Below, piece by piece: positions 12,546-24,801 of a DNA stretch of 64,000 nucleotides. The position numbers were made by a program, and so were the translations under genes. Below the pieces are notes generated by a model. That model was not told the DNA's origin, did no database searches, and saw only the letters and a list, made by a program, of their open reading frames with translations. Numbering within the stretch: the first letter of the stretch is position 1; every line of letters starts with the position of its first letter. This DNA comes from Podarcis liolepis (Eukaryota), in NCBI GenBank assembly GCA_965112155.1, contig OZ218109.1. One strand, written 5' to 3'.

Positions 12546-14004
12546 TTTTAATATTTGATCAATAAAAACTACTTCTAATTGTCAGAAAGAAAGACCACCT
12601 TTAACATCTTATTGCAATTTTCCAAACAAAATTAGTATTTAAAAAGCAAAACTAGTCTAAATTTGCTGTCCTATGAGTTATAAGTGACCTTTGATTAATC
12701 AATTACAACTTTCATTGACTAACTTACCAATTACACTGTAGCCCTATTTATTCTTCACTTTTTAAATTGTAAGTGGTATCTCTAGGAGTATGTGAGCTAA
12801 CATCACATCTTCCATATACAAAATGTGGGTTTTGTATGGCACAAAACTGGCCTCATTTTTATGGGACAGAGAATACATAGAACTCTCTAAAAGTATCAAG
12901 TTTTCCAATACACAAATCCAAATGGGTCATAGAAGCAAGTAGTGTTTTATGCTTCCAGAAAGTCACTGAAAAACCCACCACTTAAAGCTTAGAAGAAAAA
13001 ATGCATTTTCACCCAGCCTTTCCCTTAAGTTGGTAATGCGAAGCATAACAGTAGGACTTTGCCTGCCAACTGTTCCCCAGATCAAGCGTTCTTTTAGCAA
13101 CATATATAAACAGCTATCATATAACCCTTCTCCAGCTGTAGCAGAGAAAGTGACCTGAAGAAACTATTAGAGAAATACACCTTTAAAAAAAGATACCTGC
13201 TCTGTTGGCAACATAAACAGGCAGAGTGTAAGAAGAAATATATCAAAATCTTTGTGAGTCAGTGCCCTCTAGTGAGTGGGCAATGCAATGCCGCCACTGT
13301 AAACAAAATTAGTGGATATCACTGGACCTTTGCCTCAGAGATGGCAATTACCTGAGATTTCTGCAGGGTATGGTCAATAGAAATCAAATTTCATCAAGAC
13401 TTAGCTGCCAGCACACATTATCCACCGCTGCACACTTCGCCTTGCATCAGAGGCAATGTTGTCAGATGCGTTAAAACAACATCCGCAGAAACTCTGTGTG
13501 CCCCAGTGATCCTTTCCTTCCCGAATGTACTTCAGAATCCTTGAAATCTTGGTGGAACTCTGTAGGCTCAGAAAAATAACCTTATTCCACCTCATCCACA
13601 AACTATGTTGTTCCGCTGCAGGCAAGGCTGCGCCACAAGAACTGCCATACCAAATCAGGCTAAAGAGCCATCTAGCCAAGTCCTCTGCCTCTAATGGCGG
13701 CCAGCCAGGTGCTTCAGGGGAGCTCACACGCAGGATGGAGATAGCAATCCCCTGTAAGCCTACTACCCCTACGAGTGATCTAATCCATTTTTAAAGCTGC
13801 TGGTGCTACAGGCCATCAAAACATTCTTTGGCAGTGATGACTACCACAGATGTGGACATACAGCTACACTGGTCTGCCCTGAATCAAATTTTAGTCAAGT
13901 TCATTGGATGACCTTAGAACTGTAGCCTTTTAGAAACACATGAATCAGAGGAATTATCTTAACTTTCAAAGTGAGCCACAGACAACATTATTGATACTCA
14001 TTTT

Positions 14005-14219
14005 TTAATCAGCTATCTAGGACCAGAATAATGACAAGGTGGGGTCCAAAAATTCATTTAACTGCAATATAACTGTGCGGAGATTACTAGACACACTATC
14101 CTTCTTGCTTCTTGCTTAATCAGCTATCTAACACCGGAATAACGAGAAGGTGGGGTCCCAAAAAATCATTTAACTGCAATATAACTGTGCAGTGATTTCT
14201 AGACACACTATCCTTCTTG
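14005..14219. repeat. Local tandem duplication, two ~103-bp copies (period 111)
   Basis: 14005-14107 and 14116-14219 share TTAATCAGCTATCTA...AAGGTGGGGTCC...TCATTTAACTGCAATATAACTGTGC...CTAGACACACTATCCTTCTTG. Confidence 0.9.
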
Positions 14220-15226
14220 TTTCAGAATAAGCCTGTGGCTTCCTTGGGCACAGTGTCTCCAATGTAGTGTTTGGTTTTCCCAAGCTGTTACTTGAGCGAT
14301 GACACTGACCATTAAATATCTTCCTGAAGATAACATTATTCTAACAGATATCACCTCAGGCCTGGCCCGTTCACTCGAGCTTTATTATAAACATCCTTTA
14401 CAGAAGGGAACTAACATTGGTGCTGGGCAGAATTCGCTTCTTCATTAGATTTATTTTTCTGGTTACAATTGTCTTAAAACAATATGAAGTATCCACTACT
14501 CCATTACTCTCTGGATTACTGTTGTTATTGGGTGCTTTTTACTGCTTTTGTCCTTTTTACCCAGCTTTTCAATCTCAGAAGGCTGTATCAGGAGGAGACT
14601 TCAGGGAGCTCCAAGTTAACATGAAGTGAAACCTAGACTCCGAAGGGGCTTCTGCTTGATGTTACTTCAGTATTTACTCCCACTTTGGTCATATGTACTG
14701 AAATAGGAAAACCATCAAAGCCAATGAAATATAGGACCTCTCTCTTGACCTGGATATGATTGAATCCTTTTGTGTCCCCCTAAAAGGTGTAGACAGTACC
14801 ACTTGGCAGCAACAAATGTATTGTGTCCTGCCTTCATTGTTTAAGGTAATTGTCCTTGAAATTAATGAGAAAATGATAACATATTCTTAGGAGATATTAT
14901 TAGCATTCATATTAATTCTGCATCCCTCCTTCAGACATTGTTATTCTTTTGGAAGGATGTTTATCATTCCAATCTTGTGAATTAAATAGAAAATCTGCCT
15001 ACTGTGTCTATCACACTCTCTTGTTCCCCATCAGCATATAATTTATTTTTTTTAAGCATACAAAATTTCTTAGCAAAATTATGAGTTGGTACTGTTAGTG
15101 ATACACTTATTTATTTTCTCACAATGCTATAAAAGCTACTAGTAATACAGGGTTGCTTTTTGTAAAGTCATCCCCCCCCCCAAATGTACAGAATATTTGC
15201 AGAGAAAATGCCTGTAATTCTTGAGA

Positions 15227-15451
15227 AATCATAGAATTGTAGAGTCGGAAGGGACCCCGAGGGTCATCTAGACCAACCCCGTGCAATGCAGGAATCTCAG
15301 CTAAAGCACCCATGACAGATGGCCATCCAGCCTCTGCTTAGCATCCTCCATGGAAGGAGAGTCTGCCACCTCCCGAGGGAGTCTGTTCCACTGTCAAACA
15401 GCTCTTACTATCAGAAAGTTCTTGTTTAGTCGGAATCTCCTTTCTTCTAAC
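15227..15451 (-). mobile_element. CR1 LINE 3' end
   Basis: AATCATAGAA tail plus the CR1 3' core (GGAAGGGACCCC...CAACCCC...GGCCATCCAGCCTCTGCTT...CTGTTCCACTGTC). Confidence 0.8.
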
Positions 15452-16486
15452 AAGTATCTATCTTCTAAACTCTTTCTTAGAAAAAATTATATTAAGTTCT
15501 TCCGAAAAACCCTCAGTGAAAACAGCTGGTCAAAGTTCTTCAAAAACTGTTTATGACAGACAGACAGAAAAAAAGTTTGTGGTTGTTGTTTTTTAAAAAC
15601 CTTGTCATTAAAACTCAATTAAAAATATTTGATAAAAGCCCACAACTGCTTGCTAAGGCTGGCGGGGGAAGCGTTTGTCCCCAGTGTTGTACTCAAATCT
15701 TTTTCAGATCAGTAATTAGTAAAGTATGATTCCCCAGCATCCCGAGAAATCCATCAGAGAAGCATAATGGTTCAAAATGTAGATGATCTGACCTTCCTCA
15801 GAATGAAAAATCCTGAGGTTTCATACAGGAGGTTTGGTAAGACCCATTATCCACATGCTATTCACATTTTTAAAATAAAGCGAACAGAATAATTCAACAT
15901 CATTAACAGTGAAAGGCAAACATAACTGAATAGCTATAATTGAATAACAAGGCAGACATTAATTAATGTGTATGCTTAATCAGCTAATTCACAAGCCATT
16001 TAGATTTAAGGCTTTGTAGTTGGAAAATCCCCTCCTAAAGGGTAAGGGCAGTTCTGTAAGAGAATGACCTGCCTAGAGGGCTTGTATAAATTCCCTTCTT
16101 TATTTGGCTTGTTTCATCCACTTTAAAACTGTTGGGGGAGGCAATCCAGGGCATTCTCCAACTCAGGGGGAAAAGCTAGGGATCTGATCCACGCTTATTT
16201 AAAACAAATCCAAGCCAGTAAGCCATTTTTTGGTGGCAAATGCTTCCTCAGGCAGCTGGAGCTGATACATTAACACATCAGCAAGAGCCTCTGATAAACA
16301 GTGGGCTGCATCCAAGCAACAGATTCACAAAGTAAACCTGATAAAAATCACCTTATAATGTTTTTAATATGCCAAAAGTCAACGTGAGAAATAATCTCTC
16401 CGAACATCTTGCTTTCTGGTGGATGTGTTTCATGGCAAAAGCAAGCCTGAGTCCTGTAGGACTTTGTTCTCAAGAAACTGTGCATT

Positions 16487-16612
16487 GCTGGTGAGGGGAA
16501 CCTTTGGCCCTCCAGATGTTGTTGAACTTTGACTCCCATCATCATGATAACTGTGCTTGCTGGGAGTTGTAGTTCAGTAACATTTGGAGGGCCAAAAGTT
16601 CCTCACACCTGG
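16487..16612. mobile_element. Palindromic ~125-bp MITE (hAT-like)
   Basis: Self-complementary arms GGAACCTTTGGCCCTCCAGATG / CATTTGGAGGGCCAAAAGTTCC with an ACTCCCA/TGGGAGT core. Confidence 0.7.
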
Positions 16613-18150
16613 TGTATAGAGATGCTGCCTAATATGGTTTCTCACAGCAGCACTGCATGTATTCATTTGTGAGAGTGATACTATTTACAGTCTTGTTTGC
16701 AAAAGAATTCTTATTTTTGCTAAACATATTCTGTTTTATTCGTAATTTATCTAGTCGTTCTCATTGTTTAAATTAAACATAGTTAGGTTAAAAATAAAAG
16801 ATCCAAGTCTGTCCATATACTTCAGCAATGAAATCCCCTCAAAGAAGAGACTTCCAATGAAATATAAAGCATATATAAGGGGGGGAATCCAGAGTCTGGG
16901 AATTATGGGTGACAAAATTATAAACTTTGCATTTAATATGGGTCCAATCTTAGTGAAATGTAGGAGGAAAAATGATTGCAAAAAGACAGATTTAGAAACA
17001 AAGATCTGCTAGCAGACAAAAGTCACTAAACTGACATTCTCCAGAGAACAGCAGTATATAAAGCAAGATGCTGTCATTTTGATTTGCTCTGGACGAAGAT
17101 GGAAAACCTGCTCCTGCCTCTCCAGTGACACAGAAGAGATTCTTCCTGTTGGCATTCTCTTTTACGTTTTCAGACACACATTTATATTCTGCAAATGTGT
17201 CTCCCAAATATCAAGTGTGGTCATCAATCTGTATTTGCAACAAATGCTTCACCAAGGCAGACAAAACGATGGCACAGACCTTGAGACACACCAAATTCAG
17301 CCAACAGATAGCAGCAGCTTCAGATTAATTTCTTTGGTAATGAGAAGTAAGTGGTAACATAACCCAAGCAAGGAGAAATGCCATAAGCAATACTTTGGGA
17401 GTTCCTCTTTTTTGCTTAAGAGATCTAAAAATAATCACATGTCCATAAGGGCAAAACAAAAACACAAAAACAATAGTATGAAGCCATTAATTTAATAGTT
17501 AACTTTAAACAGTGCACAGCCACTGGCTGAAAACAATTTAAGTGAGCTTGAAGAGGATATTGCTATAAATCAGAGCTAAAATAATTAATCTATGCATGTT
17601 CGTTTGTTTTTTTTTAATGTAAAGCGTATTTTAATCTCGTATTTCTAGAATTCACAACATTACTTGCATCATATTAAGCAAGTCACAGAACTTCACTTTT
17701 CTGGATGCATAATTTTGATTTGTTTCACACACAGTAAGCACAGCTCTGTTAAAAATCCACCAACTGATTCCTAGTATCTACTGCCTGCAGAGATAGCATG
17801 CACTGCATTGCCTCTTACTCTTCTTACTCAGTTCTGTTTGCTGCCCACAAACTGTCACTACTCCTTCCTCACAATACATGACTTCAATTTTGCTACTTGG
17901 GCCTATTCTATGCATGTGATCCCATATTTATATTCATCAGCTGAGACCACAAAGCAAATTCAAAAGGACTACTCATCAGTATAAGGCCTCAAATCGTGCA
18001 ACCTTACCACTGGTTGTTATTGCCTTTCTTGCACATGCAGTTCCAAGGCTGCATCCAGTTCGACTCCTAAGAAAACCTGCATGGCAGAAAACCCCCAACA
18101 AAATCAAAGAGGACTTTGTTCCAATTATATGGCTAGGTTCAATAGCTTAC

Positions 18151-18262
18151 CTGCACAACCCTTTTTTTCCCATCATCATCCATCTGAGGTAATGTCAAAG
18201 GTCCAGAAACAATCCAGACATCTTCAAATCTGTCAGTCAGTTCCCGGCAATACATTTCTAGC
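18151..18262 (-). CDS. EXOG: EXOG exon 5
   Basis: Acceptor aatttcag, donor CAG|GTAAGC; 112 nt; RLEMYCRELTDRFEDVWIVSGPLTLPQMDDDGKKRVVQ. Confidence 0.94.
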
Positions 18263-19225
18263 CTGAAATTAAGCCAAAATAGTTTAAAGATATGGACTAG
18301 CCTGGGTCTGGGGAATTCCAAACATACCTAGAACAGAGAAGGGCAGTGGGGCATTTTAGGGATGGGATAACATTTCCCAAGCTAAATATATTAAGTAAGC
18401 ATGATGAGCAAATGTGAGCTTTAATTTTCAGTTTATTCCTATATGACACTTTAGCTCGGCAACCAGATCACAAATCAGGTCTCTGCCTTGTTTGCTTCCA
18501 TTCATATGTATCTTTGCACATGCTTGTGTTATTGTTTGGTCTGTACCTTGGGGAAGCTATTAGTGGAAATGCTTTGTTTCCAACATGCTGAGTCAATACT
18601 TTAAAAAGCCAATACTTTATTTGCACCTTTCATATTCAAGCTGATTGGTAGAAACGGTGCTTTGTTTCCAACATGCTCAGCAAGTAGAGGTCAGAGTGTA
18701 TCTGTTTACAATGAGTAGAAGGCAGAGACCCATTCCTGGACTCACCCACTTAGTAGCTACCAAATTAACAGAAACCATTATCATACTGTTTTCCCTGCTT
18801 GAAGTGAGCTAATTCTATTTCTGTGCTAGTGTGTGTCTAATTAATTGAATTCCATTCCATTCCATTGGATTTGTAGGCTTTAAAATGCCGTGCACTGTAT
18901 GCCTTCAGGAAGAGAAATATTATAAATCTCAATAAATAAATATATGAACCCTGGACTAAGGCTTAATATGCTTGCCACTTTCCCTGGGCAGCACTTCTCT
19001 CTTTGCATAAACAGACTATAGGAGCTTTCTGGCTAGATGACCAGAATGCTAATATGTGTGTTCCTCCCCAGAGAAAGCTACATAGTTTCTCTAGTTTATT
19101 TCTTTATTTTTGGTGCTTCTTCCCTTGCCTCCCTCTCTCAGGTTAGGCTGACACATTAAAATGTTTAAAATATCACTAAACAAAATTTTACCTTGAATTC
19201 AGTTAATCTAGTAGTAGCAATTTAC

Positions 19226-19302
19226 CTATTCCAGAATCCAGCATTATTCTGATAGTTCTGGGGTACAATGTTGGATAGATAAAATGTTTCTGCCATAGCC
19301 TT
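19226..19302 (-). CDS. EXOG: EXOG exon 4
   Basis: Acceptor tcttacag, donor AG|GTAAA; 77 nt; KAMAETFYLSNIVPQNYQNNAGFWN(R), containing the family N..PQ...N.G.W motif. Confidence 0.96.
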
Positions 19303-19571
19303 CTGTAAGAAAAAAGAATTGTACACTAAATTTTGGATGGATACCCAGACCTATTTAAATGCTCAGAATGAAACAGAATCAAGCAGTCATTTATTTGTCA
19401 ATGTTTATCTCTTTCAGCAAGAACCACTAAGAACATTCTAATACATTTACACACAGAACAACAGTGCCCCAACATCAATCTGTTACATGATATATTACAT
19501 TTCAAAACCGGTGCCTTCAAATTCAATCTGCTGTTTAAATTACCCACTTCCCCCTGGTCACTACGGCTAGC

Positions 19572-19706
19572 ACAGTCTTCCCCAAATTGTTGGTCTTCAG
19601 ATGTTCTGGAGTACCTCTCACTATCTCTAATCAATAGCCATATTAGCTGGGGCTAATGTGAGTTGTAATCTAAAATGTCAGTTGGGCGCCAAACTGGAGA
19701 AGGCTG
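19572..19706. mobile_element. Degenerate palindromic MITE
   Basis: Ends CAGTCTTCCCCAA / CTGGAGAAGGCTG; same architecture as the 16487 and 23576 copies. Confidence 0.55.
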
Positions 19707-19907
19707 GGTTAGCAATGTTTTCCAGTTCTCTCAAAGCACTTTCACAGCTCTGTCATTGATTTTAGGAACCATGGATTCTGTTCCAGTCCTATGTTTAAAC
19801 TACTGCCTAGTTCTGCTGAAAACATGATGTACAAATTGGTTTTAATGTTCTCCCCCCCCCCCCAAAAAAAAAGAAACAACAAGCCAAGAATTAAGTAGCA
19901 GTCCTAC

Positions 19908-20047
19908 TGGTGAATATTTGTTATCCCCAGCTGGTGCCATATGGCCTCGTGACCAACCACTCCCGATGTAGTCTTCATTCAAGGCAGTGAATATTGGAGG
20001 GATGCCAGGATCTGGTCTAAATTTGCAATGTTTTCTGTCCGCATTGC
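19908..20047 (-). CDS. EXOG: EXOG exon 3 (catalytic SRGH)
   Basis: Acceptor ttcctcag, donor |GTAGGA; 140 nt; NADRKHCKFRPDPGIPPIFTALNEDYIGSGWSRGHMAPAGDNKYSP. Not in the ORF track; translated by hand. Confidence 0.96.
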
Positions 20048-21040
20048 CTGAGGAACAAAAACAAGTTGTTCAGCAAACCTTTTCTTTTTTTAAAAAAACA
20101 AAAACTATACTAAATGCAACTGACAAAACTGCAAAATAAACAGCAATCCTAAACAATATCCTAGAATACAGTCCGTTCACATGGAGCACTGACAAGGCTT
20201 ATTGATCTCCATTATTATCCTGTGTGAGCTGGCAGTGTGCATTCAAGACTCCCATGAAACTCTGCATTGCAAGGAAAAACCAGTAGGTGAGCTGTCTTTC
20301 AGGGAAGATTGTCCTCTATTACTGATGTTTCTCACCGAGAAATCTGGTAAGCCTCAGATGAGTCCTCTACTCCTACACACATCATGTGCACTTTGCCAAT
20401 CACCCTACATTGCCTGCAGAGATCCTCATGTTTAAGGGTCACAAAGGGAAGAGGATCTAGAAAGGGGAGGAATCACATGGAAATGAAAGCCTTCATTGGC
20501 TGAACAAGTCCATATCAATGATAAACAAAAAGAAGGGGTTACTTACATTGACTAAAATGCCTACAAGCTTGCACCAAAACTAGTAGACATCCATAGGATA
20601 TGCTCTTAAATTCCACAGACATCCACTAACTATCTTGCACCTACTGTATCAATTTGAAGTCTCACCCATAGATGCAAATAATATTTCTGGGCTAGCAAGA
20701 AGCACCTTCATGCTCACATATGCTTTCTTCAGGATCCTGACCCATAGAGGCAAAGCATCCCTCTTTTGTACCTCCTGCCCAGCCACTTCTGCCAACCACA
20801 TCTATGAAATCTTGTGCTCTTTACAAGACTATTGAAAGCTAGTCTATGTGGAAAACATAATTTACCCATCTGACAGAAGAATCCTATATGCATTTTTTAC
20901 TCAGAAGCTCCTCTATGGTCAGTGAGGCTTACTCTCAAACAAAGGTCCTATTACTCGTGCACAGCCAGTGAATTGCTTCTAACCCACAAGTAATAAATTA
21001 ATTACAAGCAATGAACAAATGCACACAAGAGTTCACTTAC

Positions 21041-21190
21041 CCAAAGTCTTATGTTTGGAAATATGTTCAATCACCCATCTAGGCACTCGTTTTGCCTGAT
21101 CATAAGATAATGCATGATTGGTGTAATGTCTGATTTGTGTTCCAGCTGCAGGAAATCCATACTTTTCCAACACAGTCTCTGTTATGGGTT
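21041..21190 (-). CDS. EXOG: EXOG exon 2
   Basis: Acceptor tctctcttag, donor G|GTAAGT; 150 nt; EPITETVLEKYGFPAAGTQIRHYTNHALSYDQAKRVPRWVIEHISKHKTLG. Confidence 0.96.
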
Positions 21191-21539
21191 CTAAGAGAGA
21201 AATAAAGAGTTTTAAGGCCAGAACATGTGGGGTTTGTTTTCTCTCACTGAAGAGTAACCAGAAAGGCGTCAAATGCCTAAGAACCCCATTAACAACTGAG
21301 AATTTACCCAAGACTTACAAAACCCTTTTCATTTCTGGTAGTTTCAAGTGTATGAGGCTAAGCTTTCTTTCCATGCAAAGCACCACATACATGGATGGTA
21401 CCAGTATTATTGCAATGCGCTCTATGTAGGGGCCAGGGTGGGATGCTCGTTGGTACAAAATGCTGCAGCTTGACTGCTGATGGAGCCAGACTGCTGCCAG
21501 CAAGTTACACCAATGATTATAAGCTTGCACTAGCTACCC

Positions 21540-22495
21540 TTATGTTACTGGGCCAAGTTCAAGTTTCTTGTATCAATTTTTTTAAGGCCATTAACAACGG
21601 GGATCCAGAGTACCTTCAGGGTTGCCTGGCTTCTCAATTGCCTGATCACTAAGACCATTAAAGAAGTCTCTGTTAGTTGTCCCTCATAGCTCACTCATGG
21701 ATTGTATTCACCAGGAACTATGCATTCAGTACAGTCAACTGATTCTGTGGAACTAATGATTAAAAATTCACCAGTTTTAATCCTCACAACGACCCTGTGA
21801 GGTAGGTTATGGTGAGAGAAAAGTGAAATCACTAGCCCATGACCACCCAGTGAGCTTCTTGCCTGGTCACTGTGATAATCTAATTATCATTAATATTATT
21901 GTATTATATTTCCCTACCACCCTTTATCTGAAGATCATAGGGCAGTTTATAATATAAAAACACAAAATACATACCATAATAACAAAAGCCTAAACCTCAA
22001 TTGAAATGGATTAAAAAATCAGTTTCTTCCAAGAGCACCAGGATCTGGTCTGCAATCACCCGTTCAAGAACCTTTCCCAAGAAGGCCCTCCTAACAGTGT
22101 GGTAAGTTCTAGTGATCCATCTTGATTACCCAATGCAGAGCCTTTAACGTAGTGGGTCCTACTATCTGGAACACCTTTGCCCTGGAAATAAGGCATGCAC
22201 TAAGTATTGCACCATGTGCTTTCCACACATGCTAAAAGCTTTAATTTTTACCCAGGCCTTCCTAGATTAGTCTGCAGGCGACAATTTATAGTATAAACTG
22301 TGTTGGTTTGTGTTATTTTATTACAGTATGTACTTTTGTTCTGAACTTTTGTACAATGTTTTGTGGTTTTCAAAATGTTGAATGGTTTATACATGTTTCA
22401 AAATAAAATAAATAATAATAAATAATAGTTGAACTGGAAATTGAACCTGGGCCTCCCTAGTTCAAGGCTGATACTCTAACCACTACACCACGCTG
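21540..22495. mobile_element. Cluster of old L2 and MIR-like fragments
   Basis: FKAINNGDPEYL-type L2 remnant; MIR-like CCTCACAAC..CCCTGTGAGGTAGG core; L2 tail; tRNA-like GAACCTGGG...TAACCACTACACCA end. Confidence 0.5.
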
Positions 22496-23575
22496 GCTTA
22501 TCCAGAGGCATGTGGGGGCTACTGATGGAAGCAGAATTATGGGCTGGGTTGACATTTGATCTGATGTGTTCTAACCGCAGAGGAGTCCTGCCACAAAAAG
22601 AGATAGGACCAACCCAGGCATCACCCAACAACAGAGAATTTGAAAGGGAGGTTGATGAGAGCCTACTTCACTTATCACAAAATTTAAAACTTTCTATCCT
22701 TTCAAAACACAAAACATTTTAAAATGTTGTTGGGTTGAGAAGTGATGTGGGCTTATTGTGTACTTGTAACCTTTTGCCCACCACTTCAGATTGATTTTTT
22801 GATAACAGTTATACAAATACACTTAATGCCACCATAAAATGAAAAATATGTCATTGCTAGCAATTTACTGCTGGTGTGATACAGCCAGACAAAACCACTT
22901 TCTCAATACAGCGCTGATTGATTTTCAATGTATACAGGGAGAAAAGTGGCAGATGTTATTTTTAATTCAGTTTATGTTTAACAATTCAGGAACAAACCAC
23001 AGGTTGTTTGGTTCGATTTTTGTGCCATGTTAAAAAAAACACCAGTTGTTTGCATTAAAAAACGTACTACTTTTGCAGAAACAAAAGCGAACAAATGTTT
23101 AAAAACAACTTATTTCAACGTAAATTGTTATAAACAGAAAGCAATAGATAAAAGAAACAAATACTTTGTTCTCTTGTGCCCAATTTTTTCAGACCATGCT
23201 GTAAAATGTAACTAGCATGACTCCTAAGGGCCTACAATGCCATATTAATGAAAGGCAAATTCACTGTAAATTTGTGCAATACTTTTTTTCTTTAGAAATC
23301 GCTAACAGGGTTTTAGTGGCTAGAGAGGGAAATTTTTAACTAAAGATGGATAGATAAGAATGGGAGACCACCAGGAGTCCTATTTAAAAGTTGAATCTAG
23401 ATAAACTGATTTTTTTTCTTTAAAAAAAGATATTTAAGTGTTGAAGAGAAATGTAAGCATTTGAGGAAATGTGGACATTTTATTTTCAACTGCTGGCCAC
23501 TGTAGAAAACAGTATGGTGGGCTAAATGAGCCTTTGGTCTGATCTTGGGGAAGAGTGATAATCAGCTCAGTCACA

Positions 23576-23714
23576 CAGGGTTTCCAAAACTTGGGTCGCC
23601 AGCTGTTTTTTGGACTACAACTCCCATCATCCCTAGCTGGCTGAACCAGTGGTCAGGGATAATGGGAACTGTAGTCCAAAAAAGCAGGCGGAGACCCAAG
23701 TTTTGGAAACCCTG
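23576..23714. mobile_element. Palindromic 139-bp MITE (hAT-like, CAGGG ends)
   Basis: CAGGGTTTCCAAAACTTGGGTC...GACCCAAGTTTTGGAAACCCTG with inner GGACTACA/TGTAGTCC arms. Confidence 0.85.
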
Positions 23715-24179
23715 GTAGAAGACAATCTGTCCCCAGGATATTCCCCAATGGCATCTGCCTGAAGCCCTGGGGAGCCTCTGCCAGCCCATGTAGGCAATAC
23801 TGAACTGGATGGTGCAACGGTCCCGATTCAGTGCAAGGCACCTTCCCATATTCCTATTTAATTTGAAACTGCGCCAGATCAATAATAAGGTAAAAGGTAA
23901 ACACCAGGAAAACAACACGGAAAAAGCTGGAGAAAAGTCAACAGCAAAAACGTCCAAAACAACACGAGAAGTTTGGGGTTTTTTTAAAAAAACATGGCGC
24001 CCAAATGCTACCCAAACCGGTGCCCGGCGGGAAAACAGAAAACTCTTCAAATTATCCCGAAACTGTCGAAATTAGCTGTTGCTAATCCTTTTATTACCAA
24101 AAAGAAAAAGATGTAAGCATTATATCAGCAATATTCCTCTCCGGTCTCCTTTTTTTATATGATGCTCTTTAGTAGAAAG

Positions 24180-24720
24180 CTCTGCGGGCGCAGAGCCGCC
24201 GCTGACTGAGGGCTGCTTTCTGTATAGCAGGCCCCACATTCCCCCTCAGGCGCGCGTCGCCAACGGGCGCCCTCAACCATCGCTCCGGCCGCCGTGACCG
24301 GAGAGCAGCGCTCCCGCCAGCGAGCCGGGTCGGCAGTTGCGCCTGCGCACTCGCTCGCTTACCCTCCTCAGGCGGCGTTGGCGGCGGCGGTTGCTGTTTT
24401 GCCGAGGCGGCGGCGGCGGCCACGGAGCTCTGCAGGGCCGCGGGTGGGAGACGGGGCTCCCCGAGGAGTTTGCGGGCAGTCAGCGCAGAGGCCGCGGCTC
24501 CCAGCGCCGCCCCGCACACGAAGCCGCCGAAGAAGCGGCTCCGGGCGAGGCGGGCGCCCAGCGACCCGGCCATGATAGCCGGCCTGAGGGAGGGGAAGGA
24601 GCCTTTCCGCCTCCGCCTCTCTTTGCTCCGCCTCGTGAGGGGAGGAAAAAGCGCGCGAAAGCCAAGCTCGCCGCCGCCCTGCCTTCCTGAAGCGGGGCAA
24701 AAATCTGCTATCCTCACTTG
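24180..24720. promoter_or_regulatory. CpG island / EXOG promoter region
   Basis: Very GC- and CpG-rich island spanning exon 1. E2F-like TTTCGCGC (minus, 24653-24660); NRF1-like TGCGCAGGCGCA (minus, 24338-24349); ETS-like CAGGAAG near 24683-24689. Confidence 0.8.
24363..24573 (-). CDS. EXOG: EXOG exon 1 (mitochondrial leader/TM segment, Ala/Pro-rich linker)
   Basis: ATG at 24573; MAGSLGARLARSRFFGGFVCGAALGAAASALTARKLL...PPPPTPPEE; donor G|GTAAG at 24362; lies in a CpG island. Confidence 0.9.
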
Positions 24721-24801
24721 TACAATTAAGTACTACTGAGACGGGTTGAAGAAAGAGCCCATAAACTTATTTACTACAGTAAAATGTCCCCCCCAAGGAA
24801 A

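Larger units (their letters stand above)
6101..24573 (-). other. EXOG: EXOG gene span, ATG to stop, 6 coding exons, 383 aa
   Basis: Exons of 211+150+140+77+112+462 = 1152 nt join in frame through GT-AG introns. The protein has an N-terminal hydrophobic segment, an ENDOG-type nuclease core with SRGH, and a C-terminal helical extension. Adjacency to ACVR2B matches the known mammalian gene order. Confidence 0.96.

Noticed and set aside
24169-24739. Stack of overlapping ORFs on both strands
   Set aside because: Stop-poor shadow frames of a CpG island; only 24363-24573 fits the EXOG splice structure.
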